23,921 nt of DNA from an uncultured virus (IMG/VR IMGVR_UViG_3300035656_000018). Lineage: Duplodnaviria; Heunggongvirae; Uroviricota; Caudoviricetes. Below the pieces are notes generated by a model, which did not search any database, was not told the origin of the DNA, and saw only the letters and a list, made by a program, of their open reading frames with translations. The stretch is from IMG/VR virus record IMGVR_UViG_3300035656_000018; one strand, 5' to 3'. Each line of letters begins with the position of its first letter. Within the stretch, counting starts at the first letter, position 1. Of this stretch, positions 18,383 through 23,921 are shown piece after piece. The translations under genes were made by a program, and so were the position numbers.

Positions 18383-18772
18383 ATGAACTTGAACAACATT
18401 ACAACAGCCCTTAAAACCGGTATCACAATTTACCAATATGAACAATGGCAAAATACTGGTTCAGTCAACCTAATGCAAAAGGAATCCCACATGCTTTCCA
18501 AGATTTGGCTTAAGACAAATATCCATAACCCAGATTCTTTGGATAAACCCTTTATCCAACTCTCTGCTACTTTTACTTCAGAATTCGATATTCAAGAATA
18601 CAACGAATGGTTAAGGGCTAACCAGTACAAATTATATCCATTGCTACTAGATATTCTCAAGATATCACTAAAGGATGCTTACGATAATTATTCCAATACT
18701 TCTAACATTCATTACGAAGGAGGGAAATTCCCAAGTATGCTTACCATTCAATTATTTAACTTAGAATTCTAA
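18383..18772 (+). CDS. hypothetical protein
   Basis: 129-aa ORF directly after a promoter. Confidence 0.75.
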   Translation: MNLNNITTALKTGITIYQYEQWQNTGSVNLMQKESHMLSKIWLKTNIHNPDSLDKPFIQLSATFTSEFDIQEYNEWLRANQYKLYPLLLDILKISLKDAYDNYSNTSNIHYEGGKFPSMLTIQLFNLEF

Positions 18773-18776
18773 TGTC

Positions 18777-19043
18777 ATGAAACTAACCATAACAACCCTA
18801 GTAATCGTAGAAGGCTCTTATATCCAAGGAATTTTCCATTCCTTGGAAGAGCATCCAGGTAAAGCTTACCAAGAACTGGTAGACCAAGTAGAAAACGAAT
18901 ATGGTTATGATGCCGATAAAGATCATGTACCATTACATTTCAAAACTATCCAAGACATAGAGAATTACTTTGAACTTGTACACATAGAGACTCAAGAACT
19001 TACATCAACTGGATTTAAAACAGCAATCTTTAAAAATGAATAA
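18777..19043 (+). CDS. hypothetical protein
   Basis: 88-aa ORF. Confidence 0.7.
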   Translation: MKLTITTLVIVEGSYIQGIFHSLEEHPGKAYQELVDQVENEYGYDADKDHVPLHFKTIQDIENYFELVHIETQELTSTGFKTAIFKNE

Positions 19044-19395
19044 TATGGAACCAATCATAACAGTAAACGAATACCCTATCGGATGGGAATGGTTAGACAG
19101 AGTACCTCTAGAAGACTTTACTTGGCTAATCGAAATATTCTCTACTATAACTGATAACACTGATACTTATGACTTTGCTACCTTCGATAAGGAAGCAACC
19201 AATGGAGAACCTCCTTATCCAGTAATCGAAATCGATAGAAAAGGATTAGCCTACTTCATGAACGATGATCAAGGCTATGAACCAGGTATATCAATGTACG
19301 GTCATTACATAGCATGTAAATCCCTAGATATATCTTCAGAAGAGGAATACATGAATCAATTAACGGACATAGAACTAATCTGTAACGAATTATGA
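19036..19395 (+). CDS. acidic hypothetical protein
   Basis: 119-aa ORF; alternative start at 19045. Confidence 0.72.
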   Translation: MNNMEPIITVNEYPIGWEWLDRVPLEDFTWLIEIFSTITDNTDTYDFATFDKEATNGEPPYPVIEIDRKGLAYFMNDDQGYEPGISMYGHYIACKSLDISSEEEYMNQLTDIELICNEL

Positions 19396-19628
19396 GAACA
19401 GCATTATACTACATAGGACTAGGGCTTATCCTAGTCCTATTCCTTAATTCCTCGGGGCCTAACTTAGATACATTCATACCAGGCAACCCATGGGAACATT
19501 ATTGCAAATATGAATTGCACAAGCATCCATTCCATACTAATGAGAAGGAATATAACTATTTCCTTGATACTTTTACTAGCACGGATAAATATGAACAAAT
19601 AATGGAGATATATGCTAACCCAAGGTAG
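19392..19628 (+). CDS. small protein with N-terminal transmembrane or signal helix
   Basis: ALYYIGLGLILVLFL; ATGA-coupled. Confidence 0.7.
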   Translation: MRTALYYIGLGLILVLFLNSSGPNLDTFIPGNPWEHYCKYELHKHPFHTNEKEYNYFLDTFTSTDKYEQIMEIYANPR

Positions 19629-19893
19629 ATTTCTAATTTCATATCAGGTATTCGATAATATACAGGTAAATAATATCGGACAAACGCATGTACGTGAGAT
19701 ACTAAAGGATACTCAAGCCTTTACCATCAATTATCGAACAGAACAAATAAGAGATTACCTCAGATATCCTGGGGAGGAACTAATATCTGAACATCTACAT
19801 ATGATTAATGCCCTGAAGGAAATCCAGAACTATTGGAATCTTACTTCAGAAAAAGTCATCATAACAGATATCATACCCATTCCTCAGCCATGA
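19612..19893 (+). CDS. hypothetical protein
   Basis: 93-aa ORF. Confidence 0.65.
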   Translation: MLTQGRFLISYQVFDNIQVNNIGQTHVREILKDTQAFTINYRTEQIRDYLRYPGEELISEHLHMINALKEIQNYWNLTSEKVIITDIIPIPQP

Positions 19894-19934
19894 TAACCAT
19901 GGTTTGCATATATAAAATAAATATATTACTTTTG
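19882..19934 (+). promoter_or_regulatory. Bacteroidota-type promoter with CCTCAGC box
   Basis: CCTCAGC at 19882-19888; TTTG 19903-19906, 20 nt spacer, TACTTTTG 19927-19934. Confidence 0.88.
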
Positions 19935-19980
19935 CATCAGATAAATTAATTTAAGTATTCACTTTAAAAACTTTAGATTT

Positions 19981-20211
19981 ATGAAAAATAATGAATTATT
20001 AAAAAAGTATGCCGGTATCTCAACCCGTATCCGCAGAATCTTTGCTTATCACTACGACCAAATCCAACGGGAAGTACAAACAGAAATTTCAACACTTACC
20101 CCAGAATTACAGGGACAATTTATGGACTTAGTCATTGAATACATGGAAGAATCCATTAACTGGCCCGATCCCGATGACCAAGAAGCATTCGAAAAACAAT
20201 TACTCGGATAA
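19981..20211 (+). CDS. hypothetical protein
   Basis: 76-aa ORF directly after a promoter. Confidence 0.72.
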   Translation: MKNNELLKKYAGISTRIRRIFAYHYDQIQREVQTEISTLTPELQGQFMDLVIEYMEESINWPDPDDQEAFEKQLLG

Positions 20212-20215
20212 TGCC

Positions 20216-20437
20216 ATGAAAACAATTGCCTACATCATGAGTACCTATCACATAGGTACTCATAACTCAGATATCAGGGATGTACTCAAATCCTATATCA
20301 TTGCCAGATACTATGGATGGGAACCAAAAGAGGAAGACCTAGAGGAAATCATTTCCCATACATCCTATTTCAATATCCACGTAGATGATGCTATCTACGA
20401 AGTCCTAACAATGCCAAGAGAAGAAATAACCATCTAA
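20216..20437 (+). CDS. hypothetical protein
   Basis: Start moved to ATG 20216, just after the upstream stop. Confidence 0.68.
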   Translation: MKTIAYIMSTYHIGTHNSDIRDVLKSYIIARYYGWEPKEEDLEEIISHTSYFNIHVDDAIYEVLTMPREEITI

Positions 20438-20449
20438 AACAAAGAACTT

Positions 20450-20971
20450 ATGAAAACATTAGAAAATATTCAAGACCTTAAGAAATTACTTCTTAATCCC
20501 TATACCATTTATACTTATGACTATGCTGGTGGACTCATTATTAATGACACTATCGACTACATCGAGATTTACGAAATCGAGATAGAAGACGAACCCTTTG
20601 ACGAGTTCCTTGGTAATATTATTACCTATGCTTCAGAGTATGACTTATTCGAAAACTTGAGAGAAAATCTTATTCGCATGGATTTAACCAAAGGTGCTGA
20701 TGACCAATACTATGATTATTCCCCTTCTCAGGTAGAGGCTATCCTATTCGGAATCCTTCAATTAACTCCAGAACACCAAGATATAATCGTAATTGATCTC
20801 AAAAAACACCTAAAATCCTTTATTCAAGATAAAGACCAAGCGGAAGAGATGATAACCCAATATACCTGTTATTACAATGCCATCAAGAGATGGGAATCCA
20901 ATCACAAGGAAACAGAAATCCTTCATCAACTTGAGATATCAAACCTACTCGAACAATTAAAAAATAACTAA
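20450..20971 (+). CDS. acidic hypothetical protein
   Basis: 173-aa ORF. Confidence 0.78.
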   Translation: MKTLENIQDLKKLLLNPYTIYTYDYAGGLIINDTIDYIEIYEIEIEDEPFDEFLGNIITYASEYDLFENLRENLIRMDLTKGADDQYYDYSPSQVEAILFGILQLTPEHQDIIVIDLKKHLKSFIQDKDQAEEMITQYTCYYNAIKRWESNHKETEILHQLEISNLLEQLKNN

Positions 20972-20975
20972 AACA

Positions 20976-21395
20976 ATGAAAACAACAAATCCTTCATCAA
21001 GAATCACCCTCAGTCAGAAGGGTAATCAAATACTAACCTGCAAAGTATACAAAGAGCCCAACTATATATTATCTATGTCCAATGAAGAAATATTAGAACT
21101 CATCTCTGGACTAGACTATATGGGTAACATACCAACGGTACCAGACCTAGAGAAACCAATAGAAATCCAAGTCTCAACCACCCGACAAATATCCTTAGAA
21201 CAAAACAAAGAAGTCCAAACCAAAATCAAAGAGATAATATACAATAACCTCTATGATACTCTAATAGATGAACTAAAGGGTACCATCTCTAGGTTCCAAG
21301 CCCAGTATAACATCCAAGAGATAAACCCATACCTACAGGATATACTTCAGAACCCAGAAGATCTAGTATCCCTCTCCCAACACCACAAAAGATAA
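20976..21395 (+). CDS. hypothetical protein
   Basis: 139-aa ORF followed by a hairpin. Confidence 0.75.
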   Translation: MKTTNPSSRITLSQKGNQILTCKVYKEPNYILSMSNEEILELISGLDYMGNIPTVPDLEKPIEIQVSTTRQISLEQNKEVQTKIKEIIYNNLYDTLIDELKGTISRFQAQYNIQEINPYLQDILQNPEDLVSLSQHHKR

Positions 21396-21403
21396 ATAAA
21401 AAG

Positions 21404-21437
21404 AATACCTAGAGCCTAGAAAACTCTAGGTATTTCT
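21404..21437 (+). terminator. probable intrinsic terminator
   Basis: AATACCTAGAG (21404-21414) / CTCTAGGTATT (21424-21434) followed by TCT. Confidence 0.7.
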
Positions 21438-22350
21438 GTGTACACAAACCAAGTAATAATCAATTACCTCCCAAACAAAATAAAACCAAGTATACAGATA
21501 CTAGGTACACAACCCACCTAACCCACTCCCAACAAAGAAATATACAAATAATATATAATTAAGGTACACAATAAACCTACCTATATCATATACACCTAAT
21601 CTGAATATACAGATATCACTAACTAAGATACAAATCCCCTATATCACAATCAATATATAATACACATAACTAATACTAATATACATATCTTAGGATCTTG
21701 GTTTCCCTTCTTTTCTGTGTACCAACGGGGGTTTTTCGAAAAAGTCAGGAACATACCCATTTGGCTGCCCATCTACTATACCAAACACTATAGCTCTCAA
21801 AATTTAAAGTACTAAATCCTTGAGGCCCCAGAGGCCATTTTAGGCAATAAAATCACCATACATGGCCCCTCAAATCACAGAAAAGCAAAAAGTACACTCT
21901 GGCAATAGTTTTTGAGATACGTATATGAGCCTTTTTGACACGTAGCTATTTTAGTAACGCCTATATATAATATACTAATATGGGTGGGATTTAGATACGT
22001 ATGTATTTTAGCTTCACACGTGTAATTGAAAAGTGTTCTGTTTGGCTAGTTTGTGTAATCTAGGATTTAGGTTGTGATTTTGTGTACCTAGACTCGGATT
22101 TTAATTGCCAAGAGGCTAGGATTTATATAAAAATTGTGTACCTAGAGGGGCCATTTTAGGTCTGGGATTTTATAAAACTGGGTACACAATTACACCATTA
22201 ATGGCCCTAGGATTTAATAATAATCTAGGCAATCAAGGGGCCAATTTTAATTGCCATCCTAGTAATATTGTTGTTAATTGCATAAGTATTTATATTATGG
22301 TTATTTTAGATAATTCTAGGACATTAGGGGCCTTCGAAAGGCAATCAAGG
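21437..22350. repeat. non-coding region with short direct and inverted repeats (candidate origin or packaging site)
   Basis: No ORF. TTGTGTACCTAG at 21501-21512(-), 22080-22091 and 22134-22145; ATTTTAATTGCCA twice; AGGCAATCAAGG twice; AGATACGTAT-N13-ACACGT twice. Confidence 0.65.
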
Positions 22351-22352
22351 AT

Positions 22353-22384
22353 ATTGCATAATTAAAAAATAGTTCTTATATTTG
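22353..22384 (+). promoter_or_regulatory. Bacteroidota-type promoter without a full CCTCAGC box
   Basis: ATTG 22353-22356, 20 nt spacer, TATATTTG 22377-22384; core shared with the promoter at 12913. Confidence 0.87.
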
Positions 22385-22427
22385 CATAGAGAAATTAATT
22401 AATTATTCATTTTTAAATATAGACAAT

Positions 22428-22796
22428 ATGAAAGATTTTAAACTGTACACTAAATTCAATTTTGCAAAATGCGTTCACCTCTCCCTGCTCTCAGTTCCCG
22501 AAGGTAACCTATGCTCTTCTCCTGAAGGTATATCAGACTTCATTAAGCTTTACTTACAAGAGTTACAAGATAATACCATTATTCCCGATTACTTAACTCT
22601 AGTATCAATCCAAACTATCGAAAACGAAGAAGCCGGAGTACATATATTAACCTTCGCTAAAAATAGTACAGAACATTTCGATGACGATGACACTGCCAGT
22701 ATCACTTGCTTCGAATGCTTACGGGATACTTTCGAAGATTCTATCGTTAACGAATTCGGAAGCCTTTACACTGTATCAATTGACTTTAACTTTTAA
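22428..22796 (+). CDS. acidic hypothetical protein
   Basis: 122-aa ORF directly after a promoter. Confidence 0.75.
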   Translation: MKDFKLYTKFNFAKCVHLSLLSVPEGNLCSSPEGISDFIKLYLQELQDNTIIPDYLTLVSIQTIENEEAGVHILTFAKNSTEHFDDDDTASITCFECLRDTFEDSIVNEFGSLYTVSIDFNF

Positions 22797-22808
22797 AATA
22801 TCCTAACC

Positions 22809-23177
22809 ATGGCAACAAAACAAGTAATCATCTCAAACATTAAATCTAATCTCAGTACTGAACCTCTGGTTAACGATCCAGAGGTTCATCCCGATTATCC
22901 TTCAGTCCCAGTAAATCAGATAACCAATAAGATCATCACTAATCTTATTAACTACTTACCAGAGTACCCCTGGTACGAATACATATATAATTCAAATGAC
23001 CAATTCGACGAAAACTTACCAGAGCTAATAAATGCTGGCAATCACCTTCTCAGTATTTACATTAATACAGACGATTGCCTAATCGAATTTTCTACTGAGC
23101 AACCCGATTCTTCAGATAACCTTTACTACTATCCCTTTACTACAGCTGGTATATACTTCACAGTATACTTCGATTAA
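22809..23177 (+). CDS. acidic hypothetical protein
   Basis: 122-aa ORF followed by a terminator. Confidence 0.75.
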   Translation: MATKQVIISNIKSNLSTEPLVNDPEVHPDYPSVPVNQITNKIITNLINYLPEYPWYEYIYNSNDQFDENLPELINAGNHLLSIYINTDDCLIEFSTEQPDSSDNLYYYPFTTAGIYFTVYFD

Positions 23178-23195
23178 AACTAACCTAGTAATATT

Positions 23196-23228
23196 GCCCA
23201 GGCCTAACTAAGGTACCTGGGCTTTTCT
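23196..23228 (+). terminator. intrinsic terminator
   Basis: GCCCAGG (23196-23202) / CCTGGGC (23216-23222) followed by TTTTCT. Confidence 0.75.
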
Positions 23229-23739
23229 ATGTACATACCTAAGAGGCCATCTATAGACTTCATATAATTACCTAAGAGGTACTAGAGCTTTACTACACAT
23301 ATACTTACTAGCCTTATATAAGAACCCACTAGGCCTATCTATAGATCTTATAAGGCTTACCTAAGTACGCTAACTATCGACCATATATGGCCTTCAGGTA
23401 ATAGGCATATAATATACAGATATTCTATAGCCACTTAAAAGGCCCTCCGAAAATCCCCTAGAATCTTCTGGCCATGGGGATTTAGTACGAGGATTACCAA
23501 GAGGATATAGTAATGGAACCATAGATGGCCTTAACTTGTTATCATATAGGTATTATATAGCGGACAACGTGCGGGCAATTTAGGCCGCCCGGAGGTTAAT
23601 GGGTGGAAATTTGATAAAAATTTTTGATAATAAATAATGTATGCGCAAATAATAAAATTTTTGAGATATGCAAATATTTTCAGAAAATAAATATTAAAAT
23701 AATAAAATTCATTTTTAACAAAAATATTTCGAGAAAAAT

Positions 23740-23770
23740 TTTGTAGATTAAAAAATAGTTCTTATCTTTG
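23740..23770 (+). promoter_or_regulatory. Bacteroidota-type promoter, repeat copy 1
   Basis: TTTG 23740-23743, 19 nt spacer, TATCTTTG 23763-23770. Confidence 0.75.
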
Positions 23771-23921
23771 CATAGAGAAACAGAGAGAGGTCTAAAATTT
23801 AATGAGAAAAATTTTCAAAAAAAAATCTTTGAAAATTTTGCATAATTAAAAAATAGTTCTTATCTTTGCATAGAGAAACAGAGAGAGGTCTAAAATTTAA
23901 TGAGAAAAATTTTCAAAAAAA
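23747..23921 (+). repeat. 98-bp-period tandem repeat containing a promoter
   Basis: 23747-23823 is identical to 23845-23921 (77 bp, cut by the window end). Confidence 0.9.
23837..23868 (+). promoter_or_regulatory. Bacteroidota-type promoter, repeat copy 2
   Basis: TTTG 23837-23840, 20 nt spacer, TATCTTTG 23861-23868. Confidence 0.8.

Noticed and set aside
6169..19888. CCTCAGC as merely BbvCI-type restriction sites
   Set aside because: Phages tend to avoid restriction sites, and restriction would not explain the single orientation and phased distance to promoters.
23640..23676. Minus-strand promoter (TTTGCATA...ATTATTTG)
   Set aside because: The -7 element lacks the initial TA and the spacing is about 3 nt short.
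21400..23700. tRNA or known ribozyme in the non-coding regions
   Set aside because: No cloverleaf or T-loop consensus recognisable by eye; a covariance-model scan is needed to exclude them formally.
23747..23921. CRISPR array
   Set aside because: The repeat is at least 77 bp with a 21-bp linker, has only two copies, contains a promoter consensus, and no cas genes are present.

Overview
AT-rich segment of a dsDNA bacteriophage, almost certainly infecting Bacteroidota. The host is inferred from ten TTTG/ATTG/TTTT-N19-20-TAnnTTTG promoters and A-rich leaders without Shine-Dalgarno sequences. Every credible gene is on the + strand. Positions 1-4.5 kb hold a replication/recombination module (5'-3' exonuclease, P-loop kinase, SbcD/Mre11, SbcC/Rad50, Holliday junction resolvase). 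It is followed by a NusG-family transcription factor and a protein with a sigma70 region-4-like HTH. From 6.2 to 16 kb lie Lys-rich, acidic and hypothetical genes, a KTSC protein and a possible small terminase. From 16 to 23.2 kb are small early-type genes in promoter-led cassettes, interrupted by a ~1 kb symmetric non-coding region. The window ends with a palindrome-rich tract and a 98-bp tandem promoter repeat. The most striking signal is a strand-polarised CCTCAGC box located 35, 45-46 or 55-56 bp (steps of one helical turn) upstream of the promoter -7 element. Together with the NusG paralogue, the sigma4-like protein and genes starting right behind terminator hairpins, it suggests a phage-specific activation/antitermination system. 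Protein calls come from motif recognition by eye; no database searches were run.
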